This document shows, in pieces, positions 24,787-33,431 of a stretch of 33,431 nt of DNA (position 1 is the first letter of the stretch; every line of letters starts with the position of its first letter). Position numbers and translations under genes: made by a program. The DNA is from an uncultured Candidatus Bathyarchaeia archaeon (GTDB lineage Archaea > Thermoproteota > Bathyarchaeia > TCS64). The DNA is taken from the NCBI GenBank assembly GCA_964537625.1, contig CAZIAF010000004.1, forward strand, positions 1-33,431, written 5' to 3'. The notes beneath the pieces were generated by a model. That model was not told where the DNA came from, made no database searches, and saw nothing but the letters and a program-made list of their open reading frames with translations.

Positions 24787-26718
24787 ATGTCCGATCCCCT
24801 CGCGCAGCTTAGAGAGGAGTGTCAGCACCAGCTTGAGGTTGCTGTTGAAGCAGCATTCCCTGGTGTGGAATTACCAGAATCCAAGTTCAACCGGCCACCT
24901 GAATCCGTGATGGGTGAGCTTGCATCAGCCGTATCCTTCCAGTTAGCAAGGACGTTAAGGCAGAAACCAGCCGATATCGCCATTAAAATCGCTAGTTATG
25001 TGAAACCCTCTATGCTAATCAATTCAGTTGAAGCTGTGAACGGGTATATTAACTTCCATGCTGATGCCGGTGCCTTCGCTAAACTCGTATTGGAAACTGC
25101 TGCGAAGGATCCTGAGTACGGTTACCTAAAAGTCGAAAAGCCATGGAGGGTGATGGTTGAGCACACATCAGCAAACCCGATCCACCCGCTTACTATAGGT
25201 CATGCGCGAAATGCAATTATGGGGGCCTGCTTAGCAAAAATACTCAAACTTCGCGGCCATGAGGTAACTGTTCACTTCCTTGTAAATGATATGGGGCGGC
25301 AGGTAGCCCTCGCAACTTGGGGTTGGACCTTACTTGGTATGCCCGAACCCGATATGAGGGGGGAGATATTCATCGGCGCCATCTACGCGAGCACCAACGT
25401 GAACATCGAATTCAAGCGTGTCCAACTGGAACTCAAATTGGCTGAGGAGAGGGGCGACGTCCCAATGATGGCAGAGCTCCAGGAGGAAATTGAAAAGTTC
25501 GAGGCAGCCGCCGCGGACCTCGAAAAGACGATCCCCAGTATATTCGCAAGCCTCAAGGAGAAACTCGCTGCATTCGAGAACCCATCTACAGAAATAGCCA
25601 AACTCAACACTGCATACGAAAACAACAACCCCGAGACCAACAAGATTGTAAGGCATCTCGTCAAGATCTGCATTGATGGATTCGTTAAGACTATGGGAGA
25701 GTTAGGCATCCGCTACGACTCTTTTGATTATGAGAGCGATCTCGTTTGGGAGAGGAAGGCGGATGAGGTCCTTGAAGCCTTGAAGAATACCAACTTCGTC
25801 GAGTTGGACCAGGGAGCCTTAGTACTCAACTGCGATGAGGTAGCGAATGTATATGTTCTCAAAGAGCGGTGGGGACTCGCGCAGCATCATGAGATACCTC
25901 GCCTAGTTCTCGTCCGTAGTGATGGCACCACGCTTTACACGCTCAGAGACATGGCTTACAGCATCTACAAATTCGGTACCGGTGTCGACAGGGTCATCAA
26001 CGTAATCGGGCAGGAGCAAGCTCTCGCTCAACTTCAGCTTAGGATAGCCCTCGTCGCTTTGGGTAAACCCAAAATGGGTGACAATCAGATGCATTATGGC
26101 TATGAATTTGTCAAGCTTCCTGAGGGGAAAATGAGTGGCCGTCTTGGCAGATACGTAGCCCTTAACGATGTCATAGACAGGAGCGTCGAACTCGCCTTCG
26201 AAGAGGTCACGAAGCGTAACCCAAATCTACCCGAGGAACAGCGACGAGACATCGCCAGGATGGTTGGAAATGGCGCCGTCAAGTACACGCTCCTAAGCGT
26301 CGACGCCAACAAAACCGTTGTCTTTGATTGGGCTAAAGCCCTAAACTTCGAGACCAACAGCGCCCCCTTCATCCAATATAGCTACGCTCGGTGCTGCAAT
26401 ATTCTTAAACGCGCTGAAGCCAAGCCTAAAACAGATTATAGTCTTCTCACCGACCCCCGAGAACGTGAAATAATTAACTTCATAGCCTTCTTTCCAGAGG
26501 TTTTCGTGAGTGCTGCTGAGGAACTTAAGGCGGGTAACATAACCGCCTACGCAAATGCCCTTGCTGATAGATTCAATAGCTTCTACCAAGCGCTCAGGGT
26601 ATTAAATGCTGAGAAGCCAGAGCTTATGGGTGCAAGACTGGCACTCGTCGACGCCGTCAGAGTTGTACTTAGAAATAGCCTCAACGTCCTCGGAATAGAG
26701 GCTCCGGAGCGCATGTAA
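24787..26718 (+). CDS. argS: Arginine--tRNA ligase
   Basis: GYINF, EHTSANP..PLTIGHARN, VNDMGRQ, RSDGTTLY..RD, KMSGRLG, DALR domain ending LGIEAPERM. ATG 24787 preferred over GTG 24745. Confidence 0.96.
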   Translation: MSDPLAQLREECQHQLEVAVEAAFPGVELPESKFNRPPESVMGELASAVSFQLARTLRQKPADIAIKIASYVKPSMLINSVEAVNGYINFHADAGAFAKLVLETAAKDPEYGYLKVEKPWRVMVEHTSANPIHPLTIGHARNAIMGACLAKILKLRGHEVTVHFLVNDMGRQVALATWGWTLLGMPEPDMRGEIFIGAIYASTNVNIEFKRVQLELKLAEERGDVPMMAELQEEIEKFEAAAADLEKTIPSIFASLKEKLAAFENPSTEIAKLNTAYENNNPETNKIVRHLVKICIDGFVKTMGELGIRYDSFDYESDLVWERKADEVLEALKNTNFVELDQGALVLNCDEVANVYVLKERWGLAQHHEIPRLVLVRSDGTTLYTLRDMAYSIYKFGTGVDRVINVIGQEQALAQLQLRIALVALGKPKMGDNQMHYGYEFVKLPEGKMSGRLGRYVALNDVIDRSVELAFEEVTKRNPNLPEEQRRDIARMVGNGAVKYTLLSVDANKTVVFDWAKALNFETNSAPFIQYSYARCCNILKRAEAKPKTDYSLLTDPREREIINFIAFFPEVFVSAAEELKAGNITAYANALADRFNSFYQALRVLNAEKPELMGARLALVDAVRVVLRNSLNVLGIEAPERM

Positions 26719-26913
26719 CTTGCAACACTTCGCAACTAAAACTTACTCAAAAACGTCCCCTTGTACTCGATTACTTGGTTAAGAAATAACCCTAATCCCT
26801 TGTTGAATCTCTAAAACACTAGACTGCTTGTGCTCGCAACGTTTACTCTGTGAACCCATTTTACTCTCCTGAACACACTTTCTAGAAACCCTTCCGATTC
26901 ACCTTAGTTTCCC

Positions 26914-26920
26914 TTATATA
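26914..26920 (+). promoter_or_regulatory. TATA box of htpX
   Basis: TTATATA, 25 nt upstream of ATG 26946. Confidence 0.55.
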
Positions 26921-26945
26921 CCACTATACCCTTTCAAATCCTCCG

Positions 26946-27923
26946 ATGGTAAAAACAAGTGGCCTCTGGAAACTCCAGCTCACAATGGCCGGGACAATCG
27001 CCCTTATAATAGCTGTAACCACTGTTGCGTTTAGCGCAATTCTCTGGTGGTTCGAGGCTCTTGACCTCTTCTCACTAGTTACTCTAGTCGCACTCTTCAA
27101 TGTTCTTCAGTGGCTCATTGCACCGTACATCGTCAACTCCATCTACGGCGTAAAGAAACTCGACACTGGTGAACGACCTGAACTTCACTCAATGCTAGAG
27201 AGAATAAGCCAGAGATCCGGGATCAAGACACCTAAACTGATGCTTTCAAATCTAAACATCCCTAACGCATTCGCCTACGGCTCCCCCCTAACTGGGAACA
27301 TGGTAGCGGTAACAGATGGCCTCGTTAAAACCCTCGAGCCTGAGGAGGTTGAGGCCGTGGTTGGCCATGAGGTCGGACACCTGAAGAACGGGGACATGCA
27401 GACGATGATGATCGCCAGCTTCCTCCCCAGCCTCTTCTACATACTTGCACGTAGCCTCCTCTGGAGCAGCTGGTTTGGTGGTAGGGACAGGAAGGCAAAT
27501 GGATCAGCTCTCGCTTTAGTTGGCGGCCTCTCGATGGTTGCTTATTTTATCCTTACACTTCTTAACCTCGGTCTTAGCCGACAACGCGAGTACTTCGCCG
27601 ACAGGCACAGTGCTAGCATCGTCGACGACGGTGCCCGAAAGCTGAGTGAGGGTCTCGCCAAGATCAGCTCCGACACTTGGAGGCAGCAAGCCAGAGGCGA
27701 GAAGATCGCTGTAAGCGGTTTTAAGACGCTCTTTATCTCAGACCCTGACAGAGCAGGGATCGACGTCGCCGAAATCCAAATGTCTCGCTATGGATCGGCC
27801 GACGATAATCTCGTTGACGAGATCCTACAGCGCCGCGTCACGGGTTTCGACGGTTTCCTTGAACTCTGGAGCACTCACCCAAATATTGTGAAGAGACTCA
27901 AGGCTCTAAAGGAGCTCCAATAG
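26946..27923 (+). CDS. htpX: Membrane zinc metalloprotease HtpX (M48)
   Basis: PNAFAYG, VAVTDGL, HEVGH, SRQREYFAD, STHP...R. Confidence 0.93.
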   Translation: MVKTSGLWKLQLTMAGTIALIIAVTTVAFSAILWWFEALDLFSLVTLVALFNVLQWLIAPYIVNSIYGVKKLDTGERPELHSMLERISQRSGIKTPKLMLSNLNIPNAFAYGSPLTGNMVAVTDGLVKTLEPEEVEAVVGHEVGHLKNGDMQTMMIASFLPSLFYILARSLLWSSWFGGRDRKANGSALALVGGLSMVAYFILTLLNLGLSRQREYFADRHSASIVDDGARKLSEGLAKISSDTWRQQARGEKIAVSGFKTLFISDPDRAGIDVAEIQMSRYGSADDNLVDEILQRRVTGFDGFLELWSTHPNIVKRLKALKELQ

Positions 27924-28493
27924 CTTCCTCAGGGAAGCCATATCGATCTCCAGTTCACTAAGGAGTTCCCTATTATATATTGCAGCAGCCGGGTGATAGA
28001 GCGGATAAATCATCACTTTGCCCCAGCAAGTCATAACCTCGATAGGCCTCCCGTGAGCCTCTCCGATAACCTTCTTCTCGATACCGTATTTCTCGAAGAT
28101 GTAATCGACAGCGCTATTACCCATCGGGGCTATGACTTTCGGTTTGATAACCGAAAGTTGTTTTTCAAGGTGTTGAGAGCAACTGTTGACCTCCTCCTTT
28201 CCTGGTCTTCTATTGCCGGGAGGGCGGCATTTTACGATGTTTCCTATGAAAACCCTCTCTCTAGCGAGCTTAATCTTAGCTAAAAGTATGTCGAGGAGCT
28301 TGCCAGCTGATCCAACGAAGGGCCTTCCTGTCTCGTCCTCCCTCCGCCCCGGAGCTTCGCCGATGAAAAAGACCGGTGAATCCGGGTTCCCCTCCCCTAA
28401 AACTCGGTTTTTTGCTTCCTCACAGAGGCTACAGCACTCGCAGAGTTGGACCTCCCGCGTAATTGCCTCTAACTGTTCGCTTTTTGACGGCAT
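27906..28493 (-). CDS. udg: Uracil-DNA glycosylase, family 4
   Basis: CECC.L, GEAPG..ED.TGRPFVG, NIVKCRPP.NR, HPAA; Fe-S cysteines present. Confidence 0.93.
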   Translation of the reverse strand: MPSKSEQLEAITREVQLCECCSLCEEAKNRVLGEGNPDSPVFFIGEAPGRREDETGRPFVGSAGKLLDILLAKIKLARERVFIGNIVKCRPPGNRRPGKEEVNSCSQHLEKQLSVIKPKVIAPMGNSAVDYIFEKYGIEKKVIGEAHGRPIEVMTCWGKVMIYPLYHPAAAIYNRELLSELEIDMASLRKLLELL

Positions 28494-28676
28494 CTATACT
28501 GCTCCTTCTGTTCTTAGCTTTTTGATTGTGTGCGCATGTATGCCGGAGAACGGACCCGTGAGGACGCGACCCGTATCGAGAACCATGATGCCGAGATGAG
28601 CGTCCGAGCTACTCATGTGGTTGACTGCTGTTTCTCTGCGTAAAAAGCTGAGCCAAGTTTTTCAAGTAACACTTTT

Positions 28677-28708
28677 ATATATCGCTACAGAGCAGTGTAG
28701 CGATATAT
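28677..28708. promoter_or_regulatory. Perfect 13-bp inverted repeat (putative operator) overlapping the TATA box of the ArsR-type gene
   Basis: ATATATCGCTACA-gagcag-TGTAGCGATATAT; TTTTATATA at 28673-28681; the repeat ends immediately before TTG 28709. Confidence 0.75.
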
Positions 28709-29308
28709 TTGAGCCAAGGTGTTGCTGGGATAAGGATCATCAAGGATCCAGAGGTCGCCAAGCTCTTCGCTGACGAGAACAGGCGCAGAATACTACATAT
28801 GCTTAGACATCAGGAGATGTCCACAACCGACCTCGCCAAAGCCCTCGATAAAAACCACTCGAGCATACAACATCACCTCAACCTCCTTATCGCGGCAGGC
28901 CTCGTCGAGTCCACTAAGGAGGAGAAAGTTAGGAACATGGTCCAATCCTTCTATAGGGCGACTGCTCACCGCTTCTTAATATCCTATTCTCTGACTGAGA
29001 GCCTCGCAAAGGACGACGGATACGCTCAATGGCGCGAGGATATGCTCCAAAGGATGTATGAAGGATTCGGGACCTTCGGCATCAAAGTCCCCGGAGAGAA
29101 GCGAGGGAGAGTCATGGAGCTCATGGACACCTGCACAGAGAGACAGAGAAAGTCCTTCGAGGAGATAGTGGAGCAACAGAGCGACCCAGCCAAACTCGAC
29201 AAACAAGTCGAGAAAGCCCTAATCCAGCTGATGACGAACATCAAACTTTCTCGCGACAAGGATTATACTGCCGCGATTAAGGAACTAGACAAGCTCATAG
29301 GAATCTAG
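28709..29308 (+). CDS. ArsR-family winged-helix transcriptional regulator with a C-terminal extension
   Basis: AKLFADENRRRILHML, STTDLAKAL...HSSIQHHL..L..AGLV, FYRATA. Confidence 0.85.
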   Translation: MSQGVAGIRIIKDPEVAKLFADENRRRILHMLRHQEMSTTDLAKALDKNHSSIQHHLNLLIAAGLVESTKEEKVRNMVQSFYRATAHRFLISYSLTESLAKDDGYAQWREDMLQRMYEGFGTFGIKVPGEKRGRVMELMDTCTERQRKSFEEIVEQQSDPAKLDKQVEKALIQLMTNIKLSRDKDYTAAIKELDKLIGI

Positions 29309-29319
29309 GAGATAAAGAA

Positions 29320-31203
29320 TTGGGGCAAAAACGGTCACCAAAGGATGATGTAATGGCAGTAAGCAGGGGATGGAGCGACTTCAAACGGATGATTCGCTAC
29401 ATAACTCCCTATTGGCAGTTCAAAGCTGTCATGTTTCTCCTAATTTTATCAACGATAGTCGATGTTCTTTCCCCATCAATAATCGGCAGTATAATCGACC
29501 TCATCGGAGACATCGAATCCAATAAGGGAATAACAAATTTCACAGGCGGAGTGGCGGGGTTTATTCTCATACCAATGGCCAAATGGGTATCAGCCACCTT
29601 CGGTTACGATATCACATACTCAACCCTTAGTACATTTGTATTCGGTCTTGTAGTCGTAAGCGCGATACTTGGCCTCCTTAACTACCTTCAGAGGTACTCC
29701 ACAGCCTGGATCAGCCAAAAAGCCTCCTATGACATGAGAAGCGACCTCTATAACAGCCTCCTCGACCAATCTTTCAGCTTCTACGACAAGCAGCGGACGG
29801 GCCAACTCATGGCACGCGCTACCGGGGACATCGGGTTGATAGAACGTTTCTTCGACTTCGGATTGAGAATGATAGTCTCGACGGTCCTCCTGCTTGCATT
29901 CGTACTCTGGATACTCTTTTCTTTAAACATCCAACTAACCATGTTAACCATTGTTACTCTTCCTTTCGTTTTCTACTCGGTTTGGAGATTCGCTAGGAAG
30001 GTGGGTCCTATGTGGAACGTCGTCAGGGAGCAATACGGTGACATCACTTCTGTCTTTCAAGAGAACCTCATGGGCCTCAAAGTCGTGAGGGGCTTCGCCC
30101 AAGAGGAGCAAGAACAGAGAAAGATCGAGATAGAGGCAACAAAGTACTTCGATACCAACATCACAATCACAAAGCTTAGGGCCTTCTACCTTCCCTTAGC
30201 GACGCTCATATCAAGCATAGGTTTCGTCCTCATCGTCTGGTATGGCGGGAATCTTGTGATCTCAGGTTCCCTAACCATCGGTGGCCTCATTTCGTTCTAT
30301 TTTTACTTGGTACGGATCGCCCAGCCGGTTAGAATGTTGGGTCAGACTTCAGCACTCCTACTCAGGGCAAACGCTGCATCGAAACGAGTCTTTGAGATAA
30401 TCGACGCAGAGGTCGCCGTCCACGACAAGCCGGACGCGATCGAACTCGAAAAACCTGAGGGTCATGTTACGTTCGAGAATACTGGCTTCGCCTATGATGG
30501 CACAAATATGGTGCTCAAGAACATCAACCTCGACGTAAAACCCGGGCAAACAGTTGCGATACTAGGCGCAACAGGCTCAGGGAAGAGCAGCATAATCAAT
30601 CTGATCCCCCGGTTCTACGACGTAACTTATGGCAAAATAAAGATAGACGACCATGATGTCAGGGACATCAAGATACAATCACTACGCGATTACGTAGGCA
30701 TCGTCAGACAGGACCCCTTCATCTTTAGCACAACTTTCAAAGAGAACATCGCCTACGGTGTCGAAAACGCCAGGATGGAGGATATAGAAAAGGCGGCGAA
30801 GGAGGCGAAGATACACAGCTACATCACGTCTCTTCCTCAGGGTTATGACACAAGAATCGGTGAGAGAGGAGTTACCGTCTCCGGTGGTCAAAAGCAGCGC
30901 ATTGCGATAGCTAGAGCTCTCCTCAAAAACCCCATGATCCTAATCCTAGACGACTCCACCAGCAGTGTGGACACGCAGACCGAGCATGAAATACAAGAGG
31001 CACTCGACGAGTTGCTCGAGAATCGCACCACATTCATCATCACACAAAGGCTCAGCTCAATCAAAAAGGCAGACTACATAGTCGTCCTCGAAAACGGCGA
31101 GATAGCCGAGGAGGGCACTCACGAGCAGCTCCTCGCTCGAGATGGTATCTATAGAAAGCTCTACCAGACACAGATAGGGGCCAAGTCGATGGAGGTGGAC
31201 TAG
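29320..31203 (+). CDS. ABC exporter half-transporter (TMD+NBD), subunit with degenerate Walker B and switch
   Basis: TM domain, GATGSGKS, VSGGQKQR, ILDDSTS (E to D), TQRL (H to Q). Alternative start ATG 29353. Confidence 0.92.
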   Translation: MGQKRSPKDDVMAVSRGWSDFKRMIRYITPYWQFKAVMFLLILSTIVDVLSPSIIGSIIDLIGDIESNKGITNFTGGVAGFILIPMAKWVSATFGYDITYSTLSTFVFGLVVVSAILGLLNYLQRYSTAWISQKASYDMRSDLYNSLLDQSFSFYDKQRTGQLMARATGDIGLIERFFDFGLRMIVSTVLLLAFVLWILFSLNIQLTMLTIVTLPFVFYSVWRFARKVGPMWNVVREQYGDITSVFQENLMGLKVVRGFAQEEQEQRKIEIEATKYFDTNITITKLRAFYLPLATLISSIGFVLIVWYGGNLVISGSLTIGGLISFYFYLVRIAQPVRMLGQTSALLLRANAASKRVFEIIDAEVAVHDKPDAIELEKPEGHVTFENTGFAYDGTNMVLKNINLDVKPGQTVAILGATGSGKSSIINLIPRFYDVTYGKIKIDDHDVRDIKIQSLRDYVGIVRQDPFIFSTTFKENIAYGVENARMEDIEKAAKEAKIHSYITSLPQGYDTRIGERGVTVSGGQKQRIAIARALLKNPMILILDDSTSSVDTQTEHEIQEALDELLENRTTFIITQRLSSIKKADYIVVLENGEIAEEGTHEQLLARDGIYRKLYQTQIGAKSMEVD

Positions 31204-31204
31204 A

Positions 31205-33061
31205 ATGGGCATGCATGGGGCAGGAGGTCACTTCCACGGAATCGATGAGGAGGACGAGAAATTCAAGCGAAGCGTACCCGACCACGTCTTAGCGGCAAGA
31301 ATGTTTGCCTATACACTAAAATATCGCAAGCAATCGGTCTTGATGCTCGTCGCTGTCCTCGCGACGACTGGGCTTAACCTGATTCCACCCTTTATCTTCA
31401 GCCTCGCCATAGACAAATATATTCAACAACTCGACGCTGTCGGCCTCACATTACTCTCCTTTGCTTACGTGGCTGTGAACGTACTTACCTTTGTTTCACA
31501 GTACGCCCAGAACTACACGATAGAATGGCTCGGAAGCAAGATGGAATATGATATGAGGATGGACATCTTCCGTCACCTCCAGAAACTAAGCCTAAGGTAC
31601 TACGCAGAGAAAGATGTTGGAGGCATTGTGAGCAGGGCTACTAATGATATAGATAAGATTACGGAACTAATCTCAACTGGTTTAGTCGGTGTCATGGCTG
31701 ACCTACTCACACTTGTAGGAATAATCACCATCATGTTCTGGATGAGCACATGGCTAAGTATCATCACATTCACCGTCATCCCGATGATAGTAATTTTCAT
31801 GATCTTTTGGGGAGCCAGGGTCAGGAAAGTGTACAGAGAGACCCGAAAGACTATCGCGAGCGTCTCAGCTCAGATGGAGGAGAGTGTAAGCGGCATTAAA
31901 GAGATACAAAGCTACTCAAAAGAGGGAGACACAAGGAGCCAATTCCAGCAAGTAAACGTTTCCAACATGGACGCGAATGTAGAGGCTGGAAGAGTAATGT
32001 CAGCGTTTTGGCCGGCTGTGACTCTCTTCACCGCCATCGGACAAGCACTTGTCCTTTGGTATGGTGGAACCGCGGTGATTCAAGGGGCATTAACTGTCGG
32101 AGTACTCTTCGCCTTCATGTCTTATGTAACCCGCTTCTTCATGCCTATACAGGATATCAGTATGTTCTGGAACAGCGTCCAATCTGCTTTGGCTGCAGCT
32201 GAACGCGTCTTCAACGTAATCGATACACAAGTCGAGATCGAGGACCAGAAGGATGCGAAAGCGATAGGCCTCATTCAAGGCAGAATCGCATTCAAGAACG
32301 TGTCCTTCAGCTACGATGAGAAGCATTCGGTTCTTAGAGAAATTAATCTCGTCATAGAACCTAACACAACCGTCGCCCTCGTCGGCCCCACCGGCGTAGG
32401 CAAGACAACAATGGCGAATCTCCTTTACAGGTTCTATAACCCCACTGAGGGACGGATAACTGTCGACAACCACGACCTGAAAACTCTGAAAATCGAGACG
32501 CTACGTAGACAGATGAGCATCGTCCTTCAGGACCCATTCCTATTCTCAGGTACGCTAATGGATAACATCAGGTACAGCCGACCAACAGCCACAGACGACG
32601 AGGTCATAGCCGTCGCAAAGTCGATAGGTGCCCACGATTTTATCGAAAAACTCCCTGAAGGATACAAGACAGACGTCAAGGAGCGCGGCGGAAGATTAAG
32701 CGTAGGGCAGAGGCAGCTAGTTTCCCTCGCCAGGGCACTCCTAGTCGACCCTCGAATCCTTATTATGGATGAGGCAACGAGCAGCATCGATGCTTATACA
32801 GAACTGATAATACAGAAGGCGATGGATAAGATGCTTAAGAACAGAACCGCCATCGTCATCGCACACAGATTATCCACAGTTCGAAGCGCAGACACCATAA
32901 TTGTGATAGAACAAGGCAAGATAGCTGAAAAAGGCACACATAAACAGCTTCTGGCGAAGGGTGGACTATATGAACGGCTCTATGAAATGCAGTTCAAAAC
33001 GGATCCGAAAGAGAAAACCAACGGAGTTGCCATGCCACAGTCCGAGAACGCTTCCAACTGA
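31205..33061 (+). CDS. ABC exporter half-transporter (TMD+NBD), subunit with consensus Walker B and switch
   Basis: GPTGVGKT, LSVGQRQ, IMDEATS, AHRL; SD-like GGAGGTGG upstream; starts 1 nt after the partner's stop. Confidence 0.92.
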   Translation: MGMHGAGGHFHGIDEEDEKFKRSVPDHVLAARMFAYTLKYRKQSVLMLVAVLATTGLNLIPPFIFSLAIDKYIQQLDAVGLTLLSFAYVAVNVLTFVSQYAQNYTIEWLGSKMEYDMRMDIFRHLQKLSLRYYAEKDVGGIVSRATNDIDKITELISTGLVGVMADLLTLVGIITIMFWMSTWLSIITFTVIPMIVIFMIFWGARVRKVYRETRKTIASVSAQMEESVSGIKEIQSYSKEGDTRSQFQQVNVSNMDANVEAGRVMSAFWPAVTLFTAIGQALVLWYGGTAVIQGALTVGVLFAFMSYVTRFFMPIQDISMFWNSVQSALAAAERVFNVIDTQVEIEDQKDAKAIGLIQGRIAFKNVSFSYDEKHSVLREINLVIEPNTTVALVGPTGVGKTTMANLLYRFYNPTEGRITVDNHDLKTLKIETLRRQMSIVLQDPFLFSGTLMDNIRYSRPTATDDEVIAVAKSIGAHDFIEKLPEGYKTDVKERGGRLSVGQRQLVSLARALLVDPRILIMDEATSSIDAYTELIIQKAMDKMLKNRTAIVIAHRLSTVRSADTIIVIEQGKIAEKGTHKQLLAKGGLYERLYEMQFKTDPKEKTNGVAMPQSENASN

Positions 33062-33098
33062 AAAAGCATTTCAGTTCTAACAAATACCTTTCCTAGTG

Positions 33099-33431
33099 AT
33101 GAAATTTAAACAACCCCATCCAGCATTCAAGGTCTGGTTGGAAACCGAAGAAGGCTATGTTTTCGGCCCAGGCGCCTACAGCCTCCTTAAGAAGATCGAG
33201 GAGACAGGCACCCTGAAGGAAGCTGCTGGAAACCTAGGTATGAGCTACCGATACGCTTGGGGGCTCGTTAAGCAGGCTGAAGAACACCTCGGCTCTCCGC
33301 TACTCGATGCACACAAGGGTGGACGCCAAGGCGGTGGTGGCACCAAGATAACAGAACTCGGCCGACAATTCATCAAAGATTTCACTAACCTAAGAGAACA
33401 GATAAACCAAATCGGGAAAACCTCCTTTGAG
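33099..33431 (+). CDS. ModE-type winged-helix regulator (runs off the window edge)
   Basis: Not in the ORF track. Manual translation gives MKFKQPHPAFKVWLETEEGYVFGPGAYSLLKKIEETGTLKEAAGNLGMSYRYAWGLV..AEEHLG.PLL..HKGGRQGGGTKITELG, matching the ModE N-terminal pattern. Confidence 0.85.
   Translation, partial: MKFKQPHPAFKVWLETEEGYVFGPGAYSLLKKIEETGTLKEAAGNLGMSYRYAWGLVKQAEEHLGSPLLDAHKGGRQGGGGTKITELGRQFIKDFTNLREQINQIGKTSFE

Noticed and set aside
463-32787. Many 60-210 aa ORFs in the track that overlap larger genes (e.g. 500-976, 1088-1612, 9850-10284, 20328-20960, 28186-28599)
   Set aside because: They are antisense or off-frame shadows of well-supported genes and carry no recognisable motifs.

Overview
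Gene-dense archaeal chromosomal segment, most likely from a TACK-superphylum archaeon such as Bathyarchaeia. This is an inference from the PolB1-type polymerase with a PIP box, ABCE1, helicase-less XPF, TATA boxes 20-30 nt upstream of starts and frequent TTG/GTG starts. Housekeeping and repair genes are a partial asnS, polB1, agmatinase, tag, ABCE1, XPF, family-4 UDG, argS, tRNA-Arg(CCG) and htpX. Accessory clusters are: arsM facing an MBL-rhodanese/YeeE/YeeE sulfur-handling operon; a xylose-isomerase-like gene plus xylulokinase, divergent from a metal-site-degenerate M24 protein and a PurF paralogue that lacks the catalytic Cys; a nucleotide-metabolism run (small DUF6899-like protein, NMP-kinase/N-glycosidase fusion, class II RNR, cobalamin adenosyltransferase); and an ArsR-type regulator with a perfect 13-bp inverted repeat ahead of a heterodimeric ABC exporter. 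A partial ModE-like gene ends the window. No mobile element, intein, CRISPR array or rRNA was seen. The best candidates for an undescribed system are the kinase/glycosidase-RNR module and the Cys-less PurF/M24-like/pentose locus. All calls come from reading motifs by eye; no database search was run.
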